DNA from: Candidatus Latescibacterota bacterium
GTDB lineage: Bacteria > Latescibacterota > UBA2968 > UBA8231
Assembly: GCA_965248355.1 (NCBI GenBank)
Contig: OZ252098.1
Location: forward strand, 4,448,001-4,512,000
DNA: 64,000 nucleotides
Direction of reading: 5' to 3'
Position 1 is the stretch's first letter. The number at the start of each line of letters is the position of its first letter. A program made the position numbers and the translations under genes. The notes beneath the pieces are model-generated. The model saw only the letters and a list, made by a program, of their open reading frames with translations. It searched no databases and had not been told where the DNA came from. Positions 10,100 to 18,897 of the stretch are shown piece by piece.

Positions 10100-12288
10100 G
10101 CCTTCGCAGTCTGGCCGCCGCCGCGGTCTCGGGAGCGCTCGCCGCGGCGGCCTGGGGAGAGCCGCCGGCGGTCGGTCCGGGCAGCGCCAAGATGGCCGGG
10201 TACCTGGCCCGGACAGCGCGCACCGCGGATCCCGTGACCAACATCTACCTGAACCGCGCCCGGGCCGAGGGCATCCGCTCCTTGCTGGGCGGACCGATGT
10301 CCGCTGCCAAGGAGTTGCAGCTGCGGGTGACCGTCGCCCGCGAGTTGCTGCGGGGCGGCCTGTTCCGCGAGGCCGGGGACGAGCTCGAGCTGATCACCAC
10401 CGAGATCGACCGCCGGCAGCTGCCGGCGGAGGAGAGCTTCCTGCGCATGCTGCGCGACCTGCGCGCCATCGCCGCGCTGCGCGTGGGCGAGCAGGCGAGC
10501 GGACGGCGCCCGGCCCACGGCTGGGTCTTCCCCATGGCCCGCAGCGGCGGCGCCCCCTTCGACGCGGGGGCCCGCGAGGCCATCACCCTCTATTCGGAGA
10601 ACCTGCGGAGACGGCCCGAGGACCTGGCCACTCGATGGCTCCTCAACATCGCCTTCATGGCGGTGGGAGAGTACCCCGAAGGCGTGCCGGCCGAGTGGCG
10701 CCTGCTCCCCGAGGCCTTCGCCCCGGAATACCCCGTGGGCCGCTTCGTTGACGTGGCCGCCGCGGCCGGGGTCGACGTCCTCGGCCACGCCGGCGGCAGC
10801 GTCATGGAGGACCTGGACGGGGACGGGCTCCTCGACCTCGTCGCCTCCTCCCGCGGCCTGCAGGACCAGCTTCGCTACTTCCGCAGCCGCGGCGACGGCA
10901 CTTTCGAGGACCGCACCCGCGAGGCCGGCCTCACCGGCCAGCTCGGGGGTCTCAACCTCTCCCACGCCGACTACGACAACGACGGAGACCGCGACCTGAC
11001 CGTGTGGCGGGGGGCCTGGATGGGCGAGGCCGGGCGCCACCCGAACTCCCTGCTGCGCAACGACGGGGGCCGCTTCGAGGACGTCACCAAAGGCGCCGGG
11101 CTGCTCTCCTTCCACCCCACCCACTCCGGGGCCTGGGGGGATCTCGACAACGACGGCTGGCTGGATCTGTACGTGGGCAACGAGAGCAGCCCCGCGCCCA
11201 GGCCGGAGCACCCCAACGAGCTGTTCCGCAACGACGGCGACGGCACTTTCACCGAGGTCGCCAGGTCCGCGGGCGTCGCCGGCGTCGGCTTCGTCAAGGG
11301 CGTGACCCTCGGCGACTACGACAACGACGGCCTCCTCGATCTCTACCTGTCCCACCTCAAGGGGGAGAACGCGCTGTTCCACAACCTCGGCAGCGCCGGC
11401 GGCGTGCCGCGTTTCGCCGACAGCACCGCCGCCGCCGGCGTCGGGGCTCCCCACGTGAGTTTCCCCACCTGGTTCTGGGACTACGACAACAACGGCTGGC
11501 AGGACCTGTTCGTGGCCGGCTTCGACATGGAGGATCTCGGCGACATGGCCGCCGTTCACGTCGGCCTGCCCTTCGGGGCCGAGCACGCCCACCTCTACCG
11601 CAACGAGGGCGACGGCACCTTCTCGGAGGTCTCGGCCGAGACCGGCCTCGATCGCGTCATCCTCGTCATGGGCGCCAACTTCGGGGACCTGGACAGCGAC
11701 GGCTGGCTCGACGCCTGCTTCGGCACCGGCATGCCCGACATGCGGACCCTGATGCCCAACCGCATGTACCGCAACGACGGCGGCCGGCGCTTCCAGGACG
11801 TGACCGCCTCGGGCGGTTTCGGCCACCTGCAGAAGGGGCACGGCGTCTCCTTCGGCGACGTCGACGGGGACGGCGACCAGGACGTGCACCAGGTTCTCGG
11901 CGCCGCCTTCGAAGGGGACGTCTACGAGAACGTCCTTCTCGAGAACCCCGGACACGGGAACCACTGGCTGACGCTGCACCTGGAGGGGGTGCGCTCGAAC
12001 CGCGACGCCCTCGGCGCCCGCATCCGGGTGCGCGTGCGGCGGCCGGACGGCGCCGAGCGGGACATCTTCGCCACCGTGGGCACGGGCGGCAGCTTCGGTT
12101 CGTCCCCCTTCCGCCAGGAGATCGGCCTTGGGGACGCGGCGGCCGTGGTCCTCGTGGAGGTGACCTGGCCGGCCACGGGACAGGTGCAGCGCTTCGAGGG
12201 CCTGTCCCGTGACCGCGCCTACCGGCTCCGCGAGTCGGAACCGGCGGCGCAGCCGGTGGCGCTGCGGCGGTTCGACCTCTCTCCTTGA
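10096..12288 (+). CDS. CRTAC1 family protein with N-terminal helical extension
   Basis: DxDxDG repeats, LQKGHGVSFGDVDGDGDQD, SNRDALGARI..QEIGLG. GTG start overlaps the previous stop. Confidence 0.88.
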   Translation: MSLRSLAAAAVSGALAAAAWGEPPAVGPGSAKMAGYLARTARTADPVTNIYLNRARAEGIRSLLGGPMSAAKELQLRVTVARELLRGGLFREAGDELELITTEIDRRQLPAEESFLRMLRDLRAIAALRVGEQASGRRPAHGWVFPMARSGGAPFDAGAREAITLYSENLRRRPEDLATRWLLNIAFMAVGEYPEGVPAEWRLLPEAFAPEYPVGRFVDVAAAAGVDVLGHAGGSVMEDLDGDGLLDLVASSRGLQDQLRYFRSRGDGTFEDRTREAGLTGQLGGLNLSHADYDNDGDRDLTVWRGAWMGEAGRHPNSLLRNDGGRFEDVTKGAGLLSFHPTHSGAWGDLDNDGWLDLYVGNESSPAPRPEHPNELFRNDGDGTFTEVARSAGVAGVGFVKGVTLGDYDNDGLLDLYLSHLKGENALFHNLGSAGGVPRFADSTAAAGVGAPHVSFPTWFWDYDNNGWQDLFVAGFDMEDLGDMAAVHVGLPFGAEHAHLYRNEGDGTFSEVSAETGLDRVILVMGANFGDLDSDGWLDACFGTGMPDMRTLMPNRMYRNDGGRRFQDVTASGGFGHLQKGHGVSFGDVDGDGDQDVHQVLGAAFEGDVYENVLLENPGHGNHWLTLHLEGVRSNRDALGARIRVRVRRPDGAERDIFATVGTGGSFGSSPFRQEIGLGDAAAVVLVEVTWPATGQVQRFEGLSRDRAYRLRESEPAAQPVALRRFDLSP

Positions 12289-12350
12289 GATCCTCGGAAG
12301 CCGGGAACTCGCGCGGCCCCTGGAAACCGGACAGTCGAAGGAAAGATGCG

Positions 12351-13748
12351 ATGACCCGCAGGAAGAGAGGGATCCTCCGGAATCTCGGGGCCTTCGTCCC
12401 CCTGACCGCCGGCCTGCTCTGGGCGGCGCCGGACGTCGTCGCCCGCATCGGCGAGCTGACCATCTTCGTCGAGGACTACGAGCGCCGCGCCCGCGAGCTG
12501 CGCAGGACCGGGTACGGTCACGTGGAGGAGTGGGACCAGGCGAGCAAGGAGGAGGTCCTCGAGGGCATCATCGCCCGGGAGCTGCTCATCCTGGAGGGCC
12601 TGCGCCGCGGGCTCCACCGGGACTCCACGATCGCCGCCGCGGTCTCGCGGGAAGAGCAGAAGGCCCTGATGAACCGGCTCTACGACGCCGAGGCCCTGCG
12701 CGGCACCTACACCTCCAACGACGAGGAACTGCGGGCCTTCTTCGCCGAGCGGCGGTACGACACCGAGGTCCACAGCCGTCACATCGTCTGCCGGACCGAG
12801 GACCAGGCGCGTCAGGTCCTGGCCGCCCTCGACGACGGGATCCCTTTCGAGGCCCTCGTGCCGCGGTACTCCCTGCGCAGCATCCAGGACCGCTTCGGGC
12901 CGGGGGGCTGGGTCGGCTGGTTCAAGGTCGGCGAGCTGCTCGACGAGCTGCGCGAGCCCCTCTCCACCATGGCCGAAGGCCGGTTCCATCCGGAGCCGGT
13001 GAAGACGTCACTGGGGTACCACGTCTTCGGCCTCCGGGAGCGCCGCGCCGTCGACTTCGAGGGGGCGCGCGAGTTCGTGGCCGAGCAGCTCACGGTCCAG
13101 AAGCGCGCCGACGACATGGAGCGCTACGTGGTCGAGTTGCGGCGGCGGTACCGGCTGGAAGCGAACCTCCAGGCCTTCCCCGCCCTGCACTCCGTGCCGG
13201 AGGGGGAGACTCTGTTCCCGGGCCCCGACCAGGTGCTGTTCCGCTGGAAGGGCGGAGAGCTGACGATCCAGGACTACATGGCCAGCCTGCGGGCCGGGAG
13301 AGCCAAGCACCCGGCCCGCCTCGACAGCGCGGGACTCTACAAGTCCGCCGACAACGCGGCGGGCCGGCGGATCATGTGGACCGAGGCGCGCCGGCTGGGA
13401 CTCGACCAGGACGAGGAGGTGCGCCGCAGGGTGGAGTCCCGGCGGGCGGAGTTGATGGCCAAGGCCCTCTTCCGGACGGTGACGGCCCGGGTCGCCCCCG
13501 CCGGGGAGGAGGAGGCGCGGGCCTTCTACGACCGGAACCTCGACCTCTTCAGGAAGAAGGACGGCCAGGTCACGGAGTTCGAGCGCCTCCGCGACAGCAT
13601 CCGCACGCTGCTGCGCAACCAGGCCGAGAACGAAGCCATGGACGCCTTCCTCGCGCAGTTGCGCAGGCGCTACGAAGACCGTATCGAGACCTACCCGGAG
13701 GCGCTGCGCCTGGCTTTCCCGGAGGAGGGGGTCGGGGATCGCCGCTGA
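12351..13748 (+). CDS. PpiC/parvulin-type peptidylprolyl isomerase (SurA/PrsA-like)
   Basis: SRHIVC, FEALVPRYS, GGWVGWF, PVKTSLGYHVF; N-terminal signal-like stretch. Confidence 0.8.
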   Translation: MTRRKRGILRNLGAFVPLTAGLLWAAPDVVARIGELTIFVEDYERRARELRRTGYGHVEEWDQASKEEVLEGIIARELLILEGLRRGLHRDSTIAAAVSREEQKALMNRLYDAEALRGTYTSNDEELRAFFAERRYDTEVHSRHIVCRTEDQARQVLAALDDGIPFEALVPRYSLRSIQDRFGPGGWVGWFKVGELLDELREPLSTMAEGRFHPEPVKTSLGYHVFGLRERRAVDFEGAREFVAEQLTVQKRADDMERYVVELRRRYRLEANLQAFPALHSVPEGETLFPGPDQVLFRWKGGELTIQDYMASLRAGRAKHPARLDSAGLYKSADNAAGRRIMWTEARRLGLDQDEEVRRRVESRRAELMAKALFRTVTARVAPAGEEEARAFYDRNLDLFRKKDGQVTEFERLRDSIRTLLRNQAENEAMDAFLAQLRRRYEDRIETYPEALRLAFPEEGVGDRR

Positions 13749-13806
13749 GCCGGGGTGGGCAGGCAGGAGGCCGGGGTCCGGACGCGGCGACCCGGACCCG
13801 GGAGCG

Positions 13807-16461
13807 CTACCGGTCCGTGCCCAGTCCCGCGAAGACGGTGATGAAGGAGAGCATCTCCGAGGAGGCCCGGGCCTCCTCGAAGTCCTGCCGGATCCAGCGC
13901 ACGCCCACGTTGGCCGTGAGGGCGTACCCCTGGAAGGCGGAGGAGGAGGCGATCTGGCCGGCCAGGATCCAGGTGCTGCCGTCCAGCAGGTAGCCCGAGG
14001 GCAGCGGGTCCGGCTTTTCGCGCAGGTTGTTGAAGCCCTCGAACTCGGCGCCGGCGATGAAGGTGAGGTTCGGATTGAGGACGCGCATCGCCTGCAGGGA
14101 GAGGATCTCCGTCAGCTCCTGAGTCTTCAGCGCCGCCGGTGAGGAGGGGGTGCGGCTGCTGTAGAGCTGCTTCCAGCGCGGCACCATGTGCCAGTTGCGG
14201 ATGTCGAAGCCGTACTCGCCCTTCGTCATGACGCCGAAGAACCGGGGGTCCCGCAGACCCTCGTCTTCCGCGCCGCGCTGTTGGTGGAACTCGTGCTTGA
14301 CCTTGGCCGTGAGGGGTAGGTAGCGGTCGTAGCGCACCTCCAGGTAGGTTGTGTTGATGAAGGCGTCCCGGGCGGCCAGCGGGTCGCGGGTGAAGATCGA
14401 CCGCCCCCTCGTGCCCGGCAGGTCCTGCCACAGCAGCACGTGGTCGGGGATGTCGTCACGCACCCTGCGGGGATTGGCGATGAAGGACAGGCTCAGGCCC
14501 CGTCCGGGCATGTCCCGGGCGGCGGTGAGCAGCAGGTAGGTCATCTGGTTGTCCCGGCTGGTCTTCAGCAGCCGCTGGTCGAGCCGTCCCGCCATGAGGG
14601 TCGTGCGCGGCATGATCTCGAGCCCCACGTAGGCGTTGTACCCGCGGTTGCCCAGCTTGTACGGGTAGTCGGCCTGCGAGTCGTCCTCGAAGCGGTCGAT
14701 GACACCGTTGCTGTTCATGTCCATGCCGAAGAGGAACTCCGGCGGCTCCACGTCGAAGCGCAGGAAGGGCTCCTCGTAGTCCGGGCGGGTGTTGAAGTTC
14801 CGGTTGAAGTCGGAGATGTCGTCGTTGTCCTCGTCGATCCCCGGGAAGACGGCGTTGTCGGTGAGCAGGTCAAGGCCCTGGCGGGTATTGACGCGGGTAC
14901 CGAAGTAGCGCCGCGTCCAGTCCGGCAGCTCGTCCTGATCGTCGTTGTCGTCGACGAACTCGTAGATGTGCCTCTGCTCGTTGTCGTAGTTCACCTCACC
15001 CTCGGCGTTGGGGATGAAGGCGCGCGTGGAGTAGTCGGCGGCGAGGCTGAAGGCCTCGGCGAAGAAGGTCCACGGATAGGTCCGCTGCTGGGCGGTGACG
15101 TAGAAGGCGTCGGCCTCCTTCGTGGCCAGGGCCTGGTGGCGGGTGATGTTCTCGTTCGGGAAGCGGCGGTACTGGAAGTTGCGGACCATCTCCCCCTTCA
15201 ACTCGAAGCCGGCCACGCCGGAGACGGCCAGATCGAAGCCCACGAGACGGTTTCCGGTGGGCAGCCCGTACCGGAACCGGTGGAAGGCCTGGTTCGAGCC
15301 GTCCTTGACGTTGCCCGGGGCCCGGAGCACGGGCAGGAAGACCGGGGCGCCCAGGTTGTTCGTCTGCTTGTTCGAGGTGATCTCCACGCGATAGTCGTTG
15401 GCCAGCACCAGGCCGATCTCGATGAGCCCGATCTCGCGGAAGTCGTCGATCTCGTCCTCCACGCTGGGCGAGAAGTCCTCGATGTTGTAGGTGAGGATGA
15501 CGGCGTCCGTGCCGCTGGCCTCGATGACGCCCCGGCGGCGCACGCCGCCCTCGACGGTGGGGATGATGTCATCGGTGTGGTCCACGCCGTCGACGAAGAT
15601 GCGCCAGCGCGACAACAAGGCGCCCCCCTCGCCATCCTCGGGCGAGTCGTCGGTGATGCGCACGATGATGGAGCGCACGAAGTCGGAGTTCAGGGGGCCG
15701 CTGAGCAGGCCGCTGAGGGAGTTGTCGCCGAAGTCGGCGTTCGAGTTGCGGTGAGCGGCGTTGACGAAGGTGACGCCGGCGCTGGCGAAGTCGCCGATCT
15801 GGGTCTGGCCCTTGGCCGCCCAGAGATTCGTGAACAGGGTGGTGCGCACCGGGAAGGGGACTTCCGTCCCCGAGTACTCGCCCGTATTGCTCACCCGGGA
15901 GGAGAGCAGGGTGACGGCGTACTTGTCGGTGAGCAGGTCCCACTGGATGCCGTCGAAACGGGGCTTGGAGAAAGTCAAAGGCGTCAGGGTGGTGCGGACC
16001 CCGTCGCCCACCATCAGGGAGGAGTGGAACTGGCCCTGGTGGCTCTGGGAGATGAGAATGTTGTTGAACCAGCCGCGGAAGCGGCGGTCCTTGGCGATGG
16101 AGGAGCCGCTGTCCGACGGGTAGTCCTCGGACCAGTCGTAAATCATCCAGCCCTGGGTGATGTAGTTGCCGTACACGTCGTAGAACGGGGAGCCCTCGAG
16201 GAAGACGCTGGTGTAGCGCTGGTAGGGCTTGCGGGCGTAGTTGGAATAGCTCTCCTGCCGCCAGTCGTAGATGGAGTAGAGCCGCTGGGGCAGGTACCAC
16301 TTGCGCATGGAAGGCACGAGGGTCGAGGGGGCGACCTCGGTGCCGGTGGTGTAGTAGGGGTTCTCGAACCCGGTTTCTCGCTGGGCGTCGGCCGGCGGGG
16401 GCAGCGCAGCCCCAAGCACGGCCAGGAAACCCGGCAGCAGAACGAAGACTCGCCGTCTCAC
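13807..16461 (-). CDS. large exported protein, putative outer-membrane beta-barrel with Asp-rich Ca-binding-like loops
   Basis: 885 codons from GTG with RBS GGGAGGG; signal peptide; alternating aromatic/hydrophobic strands; DDNDDQD, DEDNDDISD and DMNSNGVID loops. Confidence 0.6.
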   Translation of the reverse strand: MRRRVFVLLPGFLAVLGAALPPPADAQRETGFENPYYTTGTEVAPSTLVPSMRKWYLPQRLYSIYDWRQESYSNYARKPYQRYTSVFLEGSPFYDVYGNYITQGWMIYDWSEDYPSDSGSSIAKDRRFRGWFNNILISQSHQGQFHSSLMVGDGVRTTLTPLTFSKPRFDGIQWDLLTDKYAVTLLSSRVSNTGEYSGTEVPFPVRTTLFTNLWAAKGQTQIGDFASAGVTFVNAAHRNSNADFGDNSLSGLLSGPLNSDFVRSIIVRITDDSPEDGEGGALLSRWRIFVDGVDHTDDIIPTVEGGVRRRGVIEASGTDAVILTYNIEDFSPSVEDEIDDFREIGLIEIGLVLANDYRVEITSNKQTNNLGAPVFLPVLRAPGNVKDGSNQAFHRFRYGLPTGNRLVGFDLAVSGVAGFELKGEMVRNFQYRRFPNENITRHQALATKEADAFYVTAQQRTYPWTFFAEAFSLAADYSTRAFIPNAEGEVNYDNEQRHIYEFVDDNDDQDELPDWTRRYFGTRVNTRQGLDLLTDNAVFPGIDEDNDDISDFNRNFNTRPDYEEPFLRFDVEPPEFLFGMDMNSNGVIDRFEDDSQADYPYKLGNRGYNAYVGLEIMPRTTLMAGRLDQRLLKTSRDNQMTYLLLTAARDMPGRGLSLSFIANPRRVRDDIPDHVLLWQDLPGTRGRSIFTRDPLAARDAFINTTYLEVRYDRYLPLTAKVKHEFHQQRGAEDEGLRDPRFFGVMTKGEYGFDIRNWHMVPRWKQLYSSRTPSSPAALKTQELTEILSLQAMRVLNPNLTFIAGAEFEGFNNLREKPDPLPSGYLLDGSTWILAGQIASSSAFQGYALTANVGVRWIRQDFEEARASSEMLSFITVFAGLGTDR

Positions 16462-16495
16462 GTCACCCTCCCTGAGGTGAATTCCCATCCCGTGG

Positions 16496-18889
16496 TCAGT
16501 ACACCACGTGCACGAGCTTCTGCACGCGCTCCATCCGCGCATCGGTGTCGACTTCGATGTCGACCAGGTAGATCCCCGGGGGCACGGCTTCGCCGGCCTG
16601 CCGGCCGTCCCAGGAGTAGCGGCCACGGCCGGCGCCGGAGCCGTGACTGGCCAGCTCCCCCACGAGGGAGCCGGAGAGGCTGTAGACGCGGACCCGGGGC
16701 TCGGCGCCGGTCTTCACCAGGGTGAAGGCCAGCTCGTACACGTCGTTGGCGCCGTCGCCGTTGGGGGTGAAGACGCCCGTGTGCACCAGGTTGCGCACCA
16801 GGTCCGGGCCCTCCACGGCCCCGGGCACGAAGACCCTGTCGGCGCCGAACTCGGAGGGCACCACCCCCTGCACGTGGTCGGCGTTCTCCGAGTTGAGTAC
16901 GAGGGTGCCGAAGACGGTGGGGCTCTGATAGACCCGCGTTCGGAAGCGGACCTGCACCGAGTCGCGGAGCACCACGGGGGGCGGCAGGCGTACGACCAGG
17001 GAGTCCCCGGCGACGGATCCCGCGGCCTCCACCTGCCGGTCGCCCACGGTCACCCCCACGAGCCCGGCATCCCCGCTGCCCGGCGGCAGGGCGATGACGA
17101 CCCGATCGAAACCGACGTCGCTGGCGTCCGGGGCGCCGGGGGTGATCGTGTAGCTGAACTCCTGAAGCGAGTCGAGCACCGCCTCCCGGGGCCGGATGCG
17201 GCCCGTGAGCCCCGCCTTGATCACCGGCGGGTTGGCCACGAAGGTGAGGGAGCGCAGGGTCGGCATGGCCTCCGGATCCTCGCTGAGCAGGCGGACCCGA
17301 ACCCGCAGCCACTCTCTCGGCGTCGGCGACAGGAACTCCTGTCCCGAGAACCGGTGCGGCCGGCTCCAGGTGCTCCAGGTGGCGTCGCGCACCTGCTCCT
17401 GAACGATGGGGCCGCGGTTGCGCGACTTCTGCGCCTCCCAGGCGTTCCGGTCGGCCACCTCCTTGCCGTTTTTCAGGAAGAACCGCTCGATCGTCTGAAA
17501 GCCGTTCCCGGTCTCCGTCTCCACCTCGATCGCCGTGCCCGGCGGCACGTCCGCGTCCCATTGGACGCGGCGGATGCTGAGGGCCCCCCCGAGGGGGACG
17601 TCCTCCGACTCCAGCTCCACCCGCGCCGGGTAGCCCTCGGCGTGGAACACGAAGAGCTGCACCGCCCGCTGGAACTGGGCCGGCCGCGTCACCCGCCACA
17701 GCACCAGGCGCATCTCCCGCGGCGGAAAGTTGAAGTCGAAGAGGTATCGTCCGCTGTTCTCCACCGAGGAGAGGAGGTCGTAGGCGTACGGACCCTCCAC
17801 CACCGGATCGGCGTTGTTGTCCGGCGTGCCGTCGGAGACCAGGAACTCGAAGTTGCCCCACCCGCCCTGCTTGTCCCGCTGGTACCCGTAGAGGAAGGGT
17901 CCGCGGCCGCTGACGATGGGCATCCAGACCATGCGGTCAACCCGGAAGACACTGCCGAAGTCGATGACCGACCAGACGCCGGAGTCGCGCCAGTTGCCCT
18001 TGTCGGAGCCCTCGATGTTCCACCCCCGGAAGCCCAGGTCCTCGTCGAGGAGCTCATCCGAGCCGGCGCCCTTGCCGCAGCCGTCGCAGTCGCGGTCCTT
18101 GGAGGTCCAGGTGCGCCCGCCCCAGTGCTCGTCCCCCCGCTCGACCCGCAGGTCCGTGCCCACCATGCGCGACAGGTTGAAGCCGACGCCTTCGACCTCG
18201 ATCTCGGCCAGGGCGGCCTCCGGCGTCAGGCCCTCGGCCTCGAAGCGGATGAACCTGATCACGTCGAAGTTCAGGATGGCGCTGTTGGAGAAGCTCTCCC
18301 CCGCCCGGGCGGAGGCGATGTTCTTCGTCTGCAGGTCGAATTCCACCACCGTGCTGCGGTTGTTGTTCACCGGGCGGCCCAGGCGGTTGTAGACGATGCG
18401 CTCGGCGGACCCGCCGAAGACGGGGATGCCGGGACTGACGTAGACCGAGAAGAAACCGAAGGGCCTGGCGCCCTCGGTCTCCGGGAAGATCACCCGGAGC
18501 CGGCGCGCCACCACGGCGCGGCCCAGATCGACCTCCAGCCACCACTGCTGCAGGGGATCGGCCGGATCGGGCTGCCACCAGGTCTGCGGGTCCTGGTCGG
18601 TGGCCCGGTGCGCCGTGGCCTGGCTCGAGGGCGCCCGGACGGGCAGCGCCCCGTAGTCGCCGATGACGCTCGCGGAGTACTGGCCGGCGTCGGCCACGGC
18701 GTTGAAGCTCTTGCCGAAGCGCCGCACCGTGACCCCCTCGGGCCCCACGTTGACCAGGCCGCGGGGATGGGCCCAGGTCCTGAAGTCCGAAGGCTCGAAT
18801 ACGACGTCCTGCGCGCCGCCGCCGGCCGCCGCCAGGTGCAGGGCCGCCGCCGCCGCCAGGATCCGGGAATGCGTCGTCGGGTTCTTCAT
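16496..18889 (-). CDS. secreted protein with discoidin-like domain and C-terminal FlgD-Ig/CHU_C-like domain
   Basis: Signal peptide; TDQDPQTWW..WLEVDLG; FTPNGDGAND..RVYSLSG..WDGR..VPPGIYLV..VHVVY. Confidence 0.75.
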   Translation of the reverse strand: MKNPTTHSRILAAAAALHLAAAGGGAQDVVFEPSDFRTWAHPRGLVNVGPEGVTVRRFGKSFNAVADAGQYSASVIGDYGALPVRAPSSQATAHRATDQDPQTWWQPDPADPLQQWWLEVDLGRAVVARRLRVIFPETEGARPFGFFSVYVSPGIPVFGGSAERIVYNRLGRPVNNNRSTVVEFDLQTKNIASARAGESFSNSAILNFDVIRFIRFEAEGLTPEAALAEIEVEGVGFNLSRMVGTDLRVERGDEHWGGRTWTSKDRDCDGCGKGAGSDELLDEDLGFRGWNIEGSDKGNWRDSGVWSVIDFGSVFRVDRMVWMPIVSGRGPFLYGYQRDKQGGWGNFEFLVSDGTPDNNADPVVEGPYAYDLLSSVENSGRYLFDFNFPPREMRLVLWRVTRPAQFQRAVQLFVFHAEGYPARVELESEDVPLGGALSIRRVQWDADVPPGTAIEVETETGNGFQTIERFFLKNGKEVADRNAWEAQKSRNRGPIVQEQVRDATWSTWSRPHRFSGQEFLSPTPREWLRVRVRLLSEDPEAMPTLRSLTFVANPPVIKAGLTGRIRPREAVLDSLQEFSYTITPGAPDASDVGFDRVVIALPPGSGDAGLVGVTVGDRQVEAAGSVAGDSLVVRLPPPVVLRDSVQVRFRTRVYQSPTVFGTLVLNSENADHVQGVVPSEFGADRVFVPGAVEGPDLVRNLVHTGVFTPNGDGANDVYELAFTLVKTGAEPRVRVYSLSGSLVGELASHGSGAGRGRYSWDGRQAGEAVPPGIYLVDIEVDTDARMERVQKLVHVVY

Positions 18890-18897
18890 GCGATTCC

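Noticed and set aside
8444..12288. Recurrent GACTACGACAACGACGGC-like repeats as a CRISPR or DNA repeat array
   Set aside because: They are in-frame codons of FG-GAP DYDNDG protein repeats with irregular spacing.
13771..13801. Hairpin between the convergent PpiC and barrel genes as an intrinsic terminator
   Set aside because: 8-bp GC stem without a U tract on either strand; weak support in GC-rich DNA.
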